A stretch of DNA of 64,000 nucleotides from Malacoraja senta (Eukaryota): assembly GCA_038087875.1 (NCBI GenBank), contig CM075982.1, forward strand, positions 66,030,001-66,094,000. The letters run 5' to 3'. The translations under genes and the position numbers were made by a program. The notes beneath the pieces are model-generated. The model had not been told where the DNA came from. It searched no databases and was given only the letters and a program-made list of their open reading frames with translations. The stretch's first letter is position 1. The number at the start of each line of letters is the position of its first letter. This document shows positions 37,285-49,332 of the stretch, piece by piece.

Positions 37285-37835
37285 ACCTTTCACTTTCACT
37301 TGCACCTCCTCCCTCATCTACTGTATCCGCTGTTCCAGGTGTCAACTCCTGTACATCAGCGAGACCAAGCGCAAGCTCGGCGATCATTTCGCTGAACACC
37401 TGTGCTCAGTCCGCCTTAACCTACCTGATCTTCCGGTTGCTCAGCACTTTAACTCCCCTTCCCATTCCCAATCTGACCTTTCTGTCCTGAGCCTCCTCCA
37501 TTGTCAGAGTGAGGCCCAGTGCAAATTGGAGGAACAGCACCTCATATTTTGCCTGGGCAGCTTACACCCCAGCATTGACCTAAAACTTCAAATATCCCTT
37601 GCTTTCCCTCTCTCTCCATCCCCTCACCCTTCCCAGTTCTCTCACCAGTTTTACTGTCTCTGACTACATTCTATCTCTGTCCCGCCCACTCCCCTGACAT
37701 CAGTCTGAAGAAGGGTCTCAACCCGAAACGTTGGCCATTCCTTCTCTATAGAGATGCTGCCTGTCCCGCTGAGTTAATCCAGCATTTTGTGTTTACTTTC
37801 GATTTAAACCAGCATCTGCAGTTGTTTCCTACACA
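37285..37835 (+). mobile_element. Penelope 3' fragment (decayed GIY-YIG end plus tail, hammerhead motif at 37705-37732)
   Basis: IYCIRCSRCQLLYI.ETKRKLGDHFAEHL...VAQHFNSP, homologous to 48800-49330. Confidence 0.88.
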
Positions 37836-38788
37836 TTATATCCATCTAAATATGAGTTAATGGTCAACTATTGCACAAATGTAAAATTTGCATGTGCTGC
37901 GTGAATACTATAAAAAAACGCTGTGTGTTTTGAGGCAAGAAAGGCACAATTAGGTCATGTTCATAAGTGATCAAAGCTGGATTAGGCCATTCGGCCCATC
38001 AAGTCTATTCCGCCATTCAATTATGGCTGATCTATCTCTCCCTCTCAACCCCATTCTCCTGCCTTCTCCTCATAACCCCTGACACCCATACTAATCAAGT
38101 ATCTCTGTCTTAACAATATCTATTGACTTGGCCTCCACAGCCTTGTGTGGCAAAGAATTCCACGGATTCACCACCCTTTGACTAAAGAAATTCCTCCTCA
38201 TCTCCTTCCAGAAATGAACGTCCTTTAATTCTGAGGCTATGCCCTCTAGTCCTAGGCTTGATGCAGGGTGGTGCGTCGATGCAGACATTATGTAGCAATA
38301 CATAATATACCCTTGCACCCTTGGAACCAGACAGAGAGGGGGGTTTATGTGATTAATTAGACCTGACATTGTGAAACAATGCTTGTGCTGAAGGCTTTTG
38401 TTCCGCTTGTAAAGCTGAACATGCCTTCAAATGCAGAAAGGACTCACAAAAGCGTTATCTAAACAAATGCAATTATTTTCAGTATGGTTGGTGAATGATT
38501 ATTAGCGGCTGGTGTAATTATGCACGTTTGCTATTTTCTAGAGTTCTTCAATATCATTAAATTGTGGAAAGAGCATTGTCGTGGGTGCTGAAGGATGTAA
38601 GCAAAGTTTCAGCACGACCCAAATATTTCCAGAAGAGGGAATAACGCAGGACTGGTAGAATGAGGAAACACAATGAACTCTCAATGAGCGAAGAGAGACA
38701 GAATGGGTGAAAAAACTCCCCCACTAAACCCACAGCTGCTCAGGGTGCTCCAGTGCTGAATTTCATCAGGGAACAATGCATACATATT

Positions 38789-38980
38789 AGAGTAACTCAG
38801 CGGGACAGGCAGCACCTCTGGAGAGAAGGAATGGGTGACGTTTCAGGTCGAGACCCTCCTTCAGGCGCTGAAGAAGGGTCTCGACCCGAAACGTCACCCA
38901 TTCCTTTTCTCCAGAGGTGCTGCCTGTCCCGCTGAGTTACTCCAGCATTTTGTGGTGTCTATCTTCGGTTTAAACCAGCA
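38789..38980. mobile_element. Palindromic Penelope-tail element; perfect + strand hammerhead core at 38868-38895
   Basis: Near-perfect inverted arms of ~75 bp around 'gcg'. Confidence 0.85.
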
Positions 38981-39988
38981 ATGCATAAATATTTGCGACC
39001 ATTAAAAAAAAAAGCTGCAGAGTAGGCAAACCTGAAATAAATCAGAAAATACTAGAAACAGCTGTCGAGCAGAATCTGGGATCAGTCTACTCTAATATAT
39101 AGGATATGTGACCATTTGAAAGGTGCAGTACATATCAATGTAACCTGCTGTTATTATATTCAAGTGTTTAATGTGTAAAATATTCAGGCTGCTCAGCAAA
39201 GGGAAGATTACTTATTTTGCAATTAATGTTCTATTTTTAAAGTAGAATAATAGACATGCCTTAAATGAGTCGATGGACCATAAAATTGGGGCATGAAATG
39301 CCATATTGATCTCAATTTTGCAGCTGCTAATTAGATTGCAAATCTGTTTGTGAATCGGGAGAGTATATTTGCAGCGTGATATTGCGTTTCATATTAACTT
39401 GATCCTATACGTCCTCCGCAGGTTTAATAAAGAACACAGTTGGTGAGGTGAGTCATCGGGTAATGTTGATTTGATATGTGGCCTGTCACATTGGGTGCAT
39501 CCATCTAAACCAAAGCATTGGGACCATCAAGTTTACGTTTGTTATAGTCAGATACAGTGAAAAGCTTTGCTTTGCATGTGGTGCAATCAAATGAGATAAT
39601 AGGATGCATAACTCCATTCGTACCAAACTCACATACAACATGCATCGCAACCGTCCTGCCACACATTCCCAGGGACACGGTCAGACACAGACTGAAGCTC
39701 CCTCCGCACTGTTCTGCTCCTGTCACAGAAGGCTGCAGAGGCCAAGTAAATCGATATTTTTATGGCGGAGATTGATTAATTCTAGATTAGTACGGGTGTC
39801 AGGGGTAATCGGGAGATGGCAGGAGAATGAGTTAAGAGGGGAAGGAAGATCAACCATGATTGAATGGTGCAGCAGACTTGATGGGCCGAATGGGCAAATT
39901 CTGTTCCTAACACTTATGAACTTATGCATTGATGTATCTGTATTGGTCAGATGCATGAAGACTGGCAAGCAAGAAATAGATCATGTAA

Positions 39989-40238
39989 AGGGCCTGTCCC
40001 ACTTTCCCGAGTTATTCACGAATTCTCCTGAGTTATTCACGAATTCTCCCGAGTTTTCAAACTCACAGAATGTTCGTAACGAGTCTGTAGGAGGCCGTAG
40101 GAGTCCGTGTATATATCGTAGCGGCTCGTTATGCCAGCCGTAGGTACTCGGGGCTATTTTTTACTCGCGGACATTTTTCAACATGCTGATAAAACGTCCA
40201 GACTTACCTGATGCCCCAAGTACCTACGCTGGCATAAC
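39989..40238 (+). mobile_element. Harbinger-like MITE left part with a 21-bp internal tandem repeat, cut by a CR1 tail (40236-40350, -)
   Basis: TAA|AGGGCCTGTCCCACT TIR; (gagttattcacgaattctcc)x2. Confidence 0.6.
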
Positions 40239-42106
40239 ATAGAAACATAGAAACATAGAAAATAGGTGCAGGAGTAGGCCATTCGGCCCTTCGAGCCTGC
40301 ACCGCCATTCAATATGATCATGGCTGATCATCCAACTCAGTATCCTGTACTGTTCCATGTACATAACGTAACGTTCCATGGACAAAGCTCAATGGGAGGC
40401 AATTTGAACAGTTCCCTAGGTTATGGGAGGACCGTTCAGAAGCCCGATAACAGAGGGGATGAAGCTTTTCCTGAGTCTGGTAATTAGTTTTAGTTTTAAT
40501 TTTAGTTTTAGAGATACAACGTGAAAGCAGGCCCTTCGGCCCACCAAGTCCATGCCATAAGCCAGCATCTGCAGTTCCTTGTTATTACATCGAGTTGTAT
40601 CTTAGTTATATCTCAGTGCTCATCCGTGAAAGCTAAACAGCTCGAATTCTGTCCCTTTCTGTCTGAACTGATAAACATACTGCTATCTGGCCAGTTGGTC
40701 AATCTAAAGATCTATAGGACGTACATATGGTGGGTGTGGTAATCTCTGTAGTTGTACATCTGCCTGGTGTTTGGACAAACATTTGCTTTGTATCTTGTTG
40801 ACTCTTATTGCTTCTTTAAATTTTCACTTCTTAATCCAATTCCGACTGGACGGCGTGGTGGCTAAAATGAAAACGTTCAGATTACACAAATCTTTAATTG
40901 GATCTCTCCCCTACTTCCCAATCCACTCATATTATCTCTTTGCATGCACACAAGTCCTTACCTTATTTTTCTTGGTGAAAATGTAAGAGTCAATGGCTCT
41001 ATCATCTCCATAAGATTTAATAGGAACCTGAGGGGTAACTTTCTCACACAGAAAGTGGTGGGTGTATGGAACGAGGATGTAGTCGAGGCAAGTAATATCG
41101 CAATGTTTAAGAAACATTTGTTTTGGAGGGATATGGGCCAAACGCAGGCAGTTGGGACTAGTGTAGATGGATGGGATGAACATGTTGGTCGGTGTGGGCA
41201 AGTTCAGCTGATGGGCCTGTTTCCGCACTGTATGACTCCATGACTCTAAGATCTTATCTCCTATATGATCACCCCTTAGCCTCCAGTGCTCCAAGGAATA
41301 AAGTCCTGACTTTCTCAATCTCTCCCTATAGCTCAGGCCCTCAAGTCCTGGCAGCACCTTGTCAATCTTCTCTGCACTCTTTACAGCTTAAAACAATCTT
41401 CCTAAAACAGGGTGACCAAAACTGAACACAATACTCCAAAAGCAGCCTCACCAATGTCTTCTGCAACTGTAACAGAATGTCCCAACTTCTACAATCAATA
41501 CCCTGACTGATGAAAGGCGATGTACCAAAACTCTTCTTGACCAGGCTATCTACCCACGATCTGTGCACCAATGTTCTTTGGGAATATCTAAAGCTAAGGG
41601 ACGTTGGTTTTGGAGTAATAAGTCACCCATTGAGATAAGGAAAATTTTCTGTTTCTGCCCCTCAGGTCCTTTATGAAACTTTGGAATGTTTTCAGCCCAG
41701 AGGGTATCAGAGGCTGAATTATTGAATATATCCAAGAGCTTTTTGGTCTACAGCTGAGTCAGAGGTTGTGGGGACGAGGCAGGAGCAGACCAGAAGCAAA
41801 AGTTAAGATCAGATCAGATCAGCCTTAATCTTATTGAATTGCAGGCCCCAGAGCAGGAGCGTCCAAGTCGCGGGGCTGGAAACTGGAAGTATCCTGAGCT
41901 AATTCTGCTACCACCATCATCTATTGCAACATGTGATGACTACCACTGATTGTCGCCGGAAGCTTGCGTCCTTTTCAGGACAGCGATGTCAACATTTGAA
42001 ACATGGAAGATGGACATGAAAGAAGAAGATTGAATTGCAGAGCAGCCTGGAAGGGTTCCATGGCTTACTCCTGCTCCTAGTTTATATGTTCTTAGTGATA
42101 ATTGAC

Positions 42107-42810
42107 CATAGACAAAAGGCAATAGGTGCAGGAGTGGGCCATTCGGCCCTTTGAGCCAGCACCGCCATTCAATGTGATCATGGCTGATCATCCCCAATCA
42201 GTACCCCGTTCCTGCCTTCTCCTCATATCCCCTGACAAGAGCCCTATCTAGCTCTCTTTTGAAAGTATCCAGAGAATCGGCCTCCACCGCCCTCTGAGGC
42301 AGAGAATTCCACACTCACAACTTTCGTGAGAAAAGGTGTTTTCTTGTCTCCGTTCTAAATGGCTTACCCCTTATTCTTAAACTGTGGCCCCTGGTTCTGG
42401 ACTCCCCCAACATCGAGAACATGTTTCCTGCCTCTAGCGTGTCCAAACACTTAATAATCTTATATGTTTCAATAAGATTCCCTCTCATCCTTCTAAACTC
42501 CAGAGTGTACAAGCCCAGTCGCTCCATTCTCTCAGCATATGACAGTCCTGCCATCCCGGGAATTAACTTTGTAAACCTACGCTGCACTCCCTCAATAGCA
42601 ATAATGTCCTTCCTCAAATTAGGGGACCAAAACTGCACACAATACTCCAGGTGTGATCTCACTAGGGCCCTGTACAATTGCAGAAGGACCTCTTTGCTCC
42701 TATACTCAACTCCTCTTGTTATAAAGGCCAACATGCTATTCGCTTTCTTCACTGCCTGCTGTACCTGCATGCTTACTTTCATTGACTGATGAACAAGGAC
42801 CCCCAGATCT
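42107..42810 (-). mobile_element. CR1 LINE 3' fragment, same subfamily as 2139-2888
   Basis: ORF 42315-42878 is the CR1 C-terminus, with the 3' stem-loop. Confidence 0.9.
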
Positions 42811-43319
42811 GATAGTCGTACAGCATTGAAATGGTCCTTCGGCCAAAGGTGTCCATGTTGGCCAAGATATCTATCCAAGGAGGACCTTTACCTATAATGG
42901 TCCCATTTCCCTCTGAACCTTTTCTATCCATGTTCCTATCTAAATGTCTTTTAAACATAGTTCTACCAGCCTCTACAGCTTCCTCTGGCAGCTCGTTCCA
43001 TCCACCCATCTCTCTCTGTGTGAAAGTGTTGCCCCTTAGGTCCCTTTTAAATCTTTCCCCTCTCACCTTCTGTGTATGACCTTTTGTTTTAGACCTCCCT
43101 CCCCTGGGAAAAGAAAAAAACAGGACCATTCACCATTCCCATTCCAATAGACACAAATGTTTGGCACAAACCTGTGAATGGTATTTGTGAATTTCAAATT
43201 CCACATTCTCCTTAATTTATTGAATGCTTTGCATTTGTTACAAAGTGTGGCATTTATGTTATAGGTGGTATGCGGTGTGTTATGCCTGGAATGTGTCATC
43301 TCAATGGGAATAGCTGCCC

Positions 43320-44578
43320 AGTGACGACCCCCTTCTTACGTCTTTTACATTCCTCCTCCTCATGGACTCCCCCTGCCGGCATTCCAACCTCTTTGGATCT
43401 TTATTATCCCATCAACTGGTGGAACAACAACTGTCCTGACTTCTCCATTCCCCCCACCCACTCCAATCTCTCCCCCTCCGCACGGACACAGCCTTCCACT
43501 CGCTCAGCAACAATCACAACATCTTTATTAAACCCACTGACAAGGGAGGTGCCGTGGTGGTCTGGCGGGCTGACCTCCACCGTGTCAGGCGCCATCTCTC
43601 AGACACCTCCTCATACCATAAGACTAATCGTAACAAATATTGCCCTCCACAAGAATTACCATGTCTCGTTTAAAAGTCAGTTTTTTGAATAAATCCCTTT
43701 GCACAAAAATTATGCATTATACAAAATAATTTCTAGGCCTCTCTTTTATAATTGAATGAGGATGCATCGCCATCTGCTGGCAATATTTTACAATCGGGAT
43801 TGACACAAAATGCTGGAATAACTCAGCGGGACAGGCAGCATCTCTGGATATAAGGAATCAGGTGTTGGTATACTCATGAGGACACAGAGTGCTGGAGAAA
43901 TTCAGTAGGTCAGGCAGCATCTCTGGAGGACATGGGTAGGTGGTGTTTCAAGATGGAACCCTTCTTCAGGTGACAACACTTCAGGTGGTCGGTAAGCTAT
44001 ATCGCCACGTACCATCTCAAAAGATGCACTCTAAGAGTTTAAGACGTTTCAATGAACACCTACGCTCAGTCTGCCTTGGTCTACGCGATCTCCTGGTTGC
44101 CAAACGTTTTAACTCCCCGTCCCATTCCCACACTGCTCTTTCTGTCCTAGGCCACCTCCATTGTCAGAGTGAGGCCACATGCAAATTGGAGGAACAGCAC
44201 CTCGTATTTCACTTGGGCAGCTCACAACCCAGTGGTAGAAATATTTTTTTTCTCTTATTTTAAGTAACCCTTGCCGTCCCTCTCTCCCCGAAACCTCCCC
44301 CAACCCTAGTCGTCATGCTAGTTTCACTGTTCGTATCCCTTTGTTATCACCTTCCACTACCAACAATGGACCGTTGTAGGCTCCACCTTTCTTTGCTCAT
44401 CGGTGCGGGCTCTTGGTTTGTTCTGAAGCTTTTCATACCTCCCCCCTGACTCTCAACCTGAAGAAGGGTTTCAAACCGAAACATCACCTGTTCCTTTTTT
44501 CCAAAGATGCTGCGTGACCTGCTGAGTTACTCCAGCATTTTGTGTCCATGGTGTAAACCAGCAGCTGCAGTTCCTTTT
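43320..44578 (+). mobile_element. Decayed Penelope fragments (N-terminal piece 43320-43615; GIY-YIG end and tail 44040-44578), with other repeats between
   Basis: IKPTDKGGAVVVWRAD and FNEHLRSV...FNSPSHS..LSVLG, homologous to the 47092-49332 element. Confidence 0.75.
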
Positions 44579-44588
44579 TTATTACTAA

Positions 44589-44990
44589 CTAGACCAAGTG
44601 GGACCCGTTGGGCCCCGTTCCCCCAACGCAATAATCCACCACTCACCCGTTCCCCCAACGCAACCCGTTTCCAGCACTTACCCGTTCCCCCAACGCAATA
44701 TTCCACCACTCACCCATAGCCCCAACGGGAGGCCTTGTCCCCAACGCAACCCGTCGGCGCTCCCTGGAACCAATCAATTCTTCCCACGTGGGGGGCAGGG
44801 GCAGTCAGCCAATGAACAGACTTGACTTTTGGGTTGGCGTCAGCGCTCCCTTGAGCCAATCAATCCTTCCCACGTGGGGGGGGGGGGAGGGGAGTGGGGA
44901 CGGGGGGGCTGGGCAGTGGGGCAGTCGGCGATTCCCGGAGGCAAGGAATGGACGCGACTTTTGGGTTTCTCTGTAATATCTTCAATGATT
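44589..44990 (-). mobile_element. Helitron 3' end with a minisatellite
   Basis: Minus strand: hairpin GGGGCCC-AAC-GGGTCCC, then ACTTGGT-CTAG|T (classic Helitron terminus); (cccgttcccccaacgcaa)n repeats 44614-44750. Confidence 0.75.
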
Positions 44991-45035
44991 TTTTTAAAGC
45001 GTTTAAGACAAAATCATAGTTTAAGACAAAATCGA

Positions 45036-45268
45036 ATGTGTAGGAAGGAACTGCAGAGGCCGGTTTAAACTGAAGATAGACACAAATTGCTGGATTAACT
45101 CAGCGGGACAGGCAGCATCTCTATCGAGAAGGAATGGGTGACGTTTTGTGTCGAGACCCATCTTCAGACTCTGAAGAAGGGTCTCGACCCGAAACATCAC
45201 CCACCCATTCCTTCTCTCCAGAGATGCTGCCTGTCCCGCTGAGTTACTCCAGCATTTTGTGTCTGTTT
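45036..45268. mobile_element. Palindromic Penelope-tail element
   Basis: Inverted arms about 'cttcagactctgaag'; hammerhead-like core at 45171-45198 (AUC triplet). Confidence 0.82.
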
Positions 45269-47091
45269 TTGGAATCATAGTGAAGTTCTGCTAAGTGTTT
45301 CTTTTTTCCTTGTGTACTATGGGAACAATTTAGTTCATTTGAAAGTGTTAAGGTATTGCCATGCAGTAGAGTAGATAAAACGCACATAATGTTCTTTTGG
45401 CAAACTTGGTGCTTTGCAAATCAGTGGTTTCCATGATTTAATTCAACAAGACGAAGAAAAATAAATGAAATCAAATTTTCCTTTAATGACTTAAAATCAT
45501 AGATGATTTTCAGAGGCACTAATCAAAAGGTGATTTTTTTTTGTCTTCCTTCCTGGAGACAAGTATGTCCAAAGTCTATGATGTGTCAATTTAAAATATA
45601 AAGTAGTTCATAAGAACAGTACAGGTACCATGTTTGTGGCGAGCATGATGCCTTGTTCATCTGCCTGCACATGATCCATATCCCTCTATTCCATGCACGT
45701 CCATACGCTTATCTAAAAGCTTAAGCACCACTATTATATCTGCCTCCACTACCCCTGTCATTACATTCCAGGCCCCCATCACTCTCTGTGTAAAAAAACT
45801 TGCCCCACACATCTCCATTAAACATTTCCCCTCTCAACTTCCAGCAAAGCCCTCTAGTGTTGGATATTTCCACCCTGGGAAAATGGCTCTGACTGTCTAC
45901 CCTTTCTCCTCCTCTCATAATTTTATATACTTCTATCAAGTCTCCTCTCGACCTCTGACGTTCCAGAAATGAGCAGTTCAAGTTTATCCAACCTCTCCTT
46001 GTATCTGAAACCCTCTAATCCAGGCAGCCATTCTGGTAAACCTCCTCTGCACCCTCTCCAAAGCCTTGATACCCTTCCTGGAACGGGGTGACCAGAACTG
46101 CATGCAATACTCCAAATGCGGCCTGACCAAAGTCTTGTGGAGTTGCATCATATCTTCCTGTTGGAAAGAGAAATGAAGTCCTCACTGATTTCAGATAAAT
46201 CCAGCAAATTGAGGAGAAGATTTCACAGGTGTGTCAAGCACTTGCTGGCCTTTTCTGCACATAATTGACGTTTAATTTTTAAACTGCTCTTTGCAGCTAT
46301 TGAACACTAATGCCATTGATGGCATTTTTGTCATTTGTTGAACAATTTATCTGCATTAGACACATTAATACGTGTCTATGATATATCTTGTACATTTGTA
46401 ATATAATGGGATCAGTGTAGGTAATTTGTAGAAAATAAAACCATTTGCTTTCATTTTTTTTTTTGGAATACGAAGGGCCAAATGGCCTCCTCCTGCACCT
46501 ATTTTCTATTTTCTATGTTTCCAGTTCAAATGATGGTCAGCTCTTTCCCAGACATGGAAGGAATTGACTGTAGATTGTTCCAATTTGTTGAAAATATTTG
46601 TTTAGACTTGTAAAGTTTGATCACTTGAAAGAAGGAATTTACTGTTGAACGAAATGCTTGTTCGAAGACAGAAACATAGAAAATAGGTGCTGGAGTAGGC
46701 CATTCAGCCCTTCGAGCCAGCACTGCCATTCAATATGATTATGGCTGATTGCCTGTCGCTGAAAGAGAAGTTTACCTTTCGCTTTCACAGGCATTATCAG
46801 AAATGATTTTCCCCCCCAGCAATTATTGGAGTACTCTTTAAAGAAAATTATGGCACTTACAAAAATTAACCATGTCCAGATTTTACTCAGAAAAAAAGAT
46901 CTTTGGCACTAAACCTTATTTTTCATTCCTTTGTATCGGAAAGTACTGGCTGTTCATTCAAGGAAGGAATCCGGATTATGACATGGTACTTTGTACCCAT
47001 GGTGAATTATTTTGAGGTTGCAAACATCTGTAAGGCTTTAATTTTCCTGCTAGAATACCGTTTATTTAAGTTTATCCTGAACACAACAATG

Positions 47092-49332
47092 TTTTTTATG
47101 AAGGAGTCCTCGCTCCCCACTGATGACCCCTTTTCCCGTCTCCAACGCACCCCATCCTCATGGAACCCCCCTCGTAGCCTTCCGGCTTTAGAACTCTTTA
47201 TTCAAAACTGCCGCCGTGACATCAACCGCCTTAACTTCTCCACTCCCCTGTCTCACTCCAATCTCTCCCCCCCTGAACGCACTGCCATCGACTCACTCCG
47301 CAACAACCTAGATTGGGTTATCAAACCCGCCGACAAGGGAGGTGCCGTGGTAGTCTGGCGCGTCGATCTCTACAAAGCTGAGGCCACGCGCCAACTCTCG
47401 GACACCTCCTCCTACTTACCCCTGGACCATGACCCCACTGACGAGCACCAGGCCACCATCTCCAGCACCATCACCGACTTCATCCAGTCCAACGCCCTGC
47501 CCGACCGAGCCTCCAACCTCATCGTTCCCCAGCCCTGCACAGCCCGCTTTTACCTTCTCCCCAAAATCCACAAACCTGACTGTCCCGGTAGACCCATTGT
47601 CTCTGCCTGTTCGTGCCCTACCGAACTCATCTCCACCTACCTCGACTCCATCCTATCCCCCTTGGTTAAATCCCTCCCTACCTATGTTCAAGACACCTCA
47701 GACACTCTCCGTCATCTCCGCGCATTCCACTCTCTAGGCCCTCACCCCCTCATCTTCACCATGGACGTCCAGTCATTGTACACCTCCATCCCCCATCAGG
47801 ATGGTCTCGAAGCCCTCCGTTTTTTCCTCGACCGTAGAAGCAATCTATACCCGGCCACTGACACCCTCCTCCGCCTAGCGGAGCTGGTCCTTACACTTAA
47901 TAACTTTTCATTTGACTCCTCCCATTTCCTCCAAATACAAGGCGTAGCTATGGGCACACGCATGGGCCCCAGCTACGCCTGCCTCTTTGCCGGGTACGTA
48001 GAACAATCCTTGTTCAATACGTACCAGGGCCCCATCCCCGACCTCCACCTCCGCTACATCGATGACTGTTTTGGTGCCACCTCCTGCACCCACACACAAC
48101 TGACTGACTTCATCCGCTTCACCACCAACTTCCATCCGGCACTCAAATACACCTGGACCATTTCCGACACTTCCCTACCATTCCTTGACCTCACTATCTC
48201 CATCGCAGGTGATAGACTCCTTACCGACATCCACTACAAACCCACCGACTCCCATGGCTATCTGGACTACACTTCTTCCCACCCTGCTTCCTGTAAGGAC
48301 TCCATCCCCCACTCCCAATTCCTCCGTCTACGCCGCATCTGCTCCCAGGATGAGGCGTTCCACACCAGGGCATCTGAAATGTCCTCATTCTTCAGGGAAC
48401 GGGGGTTCCCCTCCTCCACCATAGATGAGGCTCGCACCAGGGTCTCTGCCATACCCCGCAACACTGCTCTCTCTCCCCATCCCCCCACTCACAACAAGGG
48501 CAGAGTCCCCCTAGTCCTCACCTTTCACCCCACCAGCCGTCACATACAACAAGTGATCCTCCGTCAGTTTCGCCACCTCCAACGTGACCCCACCACTCGC
48601 CACATCTTCCCATCTCCCCCCATGTCTGCCTTCCGCAAAGACCGCTCCCTCCGTAACTCCCTTGTCAATTCTTCCCTTCCCTCCCATACCACCCCCTCCC
48701 CTGGTACTTTCCCTTGCAACCGCAAGAGATGCAACACTTGTCCCTTCACCTCCCCCCTCCACTCCATTCAAGGACCCAAGCAGTCGTTCCAGGTGCGACA
48801 GAGGTTCACCTGCATCTCCTCCAACCTCATCTATTGCATTCGCTGCTCTAGATGCCAGCTGATCTACATCGGTGAGACCAAGCGGAGGCTTGGTGATCGT
48901 TTCGCCGAACACCTCCGGTCGGTCCGCAATAACCAACCTGAACTCCCGGTGGCTCAGCACTTCAACTCCCCCTCCCATTCCGTATCTGACCTCTCTGTCC
49001 TGGGTCTCCTCCATGGCCACAGCGAGCAACACCGTAAATTGGAGGAAATGCACCTCATATTCCGCTTGGGCAGTCTACATCCTGGGGGTTTGAACATTGA
49101 ATTCTCCCAATTCTGCTAGCCCTTGCTGTCCCCTCCCCTTCATCAGCCATCTGGTTGTCTCCTCCCCTCCCCCAGCCCTCAGGCTCCTCCTCCGCCTTTT
49201 TCCTTTTTTCATTTCTTCTCCCCACCCCCTATCAGTCTGAAGAAGGGTTTCGGCCCGAAACGTTACCTGTTTCCTTCGCTCCATAGATGCTGCTGCACCC
49301 GCTGAGTTTCTCCAGCATTTTTGTGTACCTTC
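47092..49332 (+). mobile_element. Penelope-like element (Neptune-type), 5'-truncated, with uninterrupted RT + GIY-YIG ORF ending at 49119
   Basis: IKPADKGG, LPKIHK..GRPIVS, MDVQSLYTSIP, GVAMG, RYIDD, FLD; Cys-rich linker CNRKRCNTC; NLIY...YIGET...RFAEH endonuclease; 3' tail with hammerhead. Confidence 0.96.
49237..49264 (+). ncRNA. Hammerhead ribozyme motif in the Penelope 3' end
   Basis: CTGAAGA-A-GGGT-TTCG-GCCC-GAAAC-GTT: stem II capped by UUCG, ACGT stem III, GUU triplet. Confidence 0.75.

Noticed and set aside
46903-47091. First ~63 codons of the 738-aa ORF
   Set aside because: AT-rich flank with an abrupt compositional switch near 47100; not part of the element protein.
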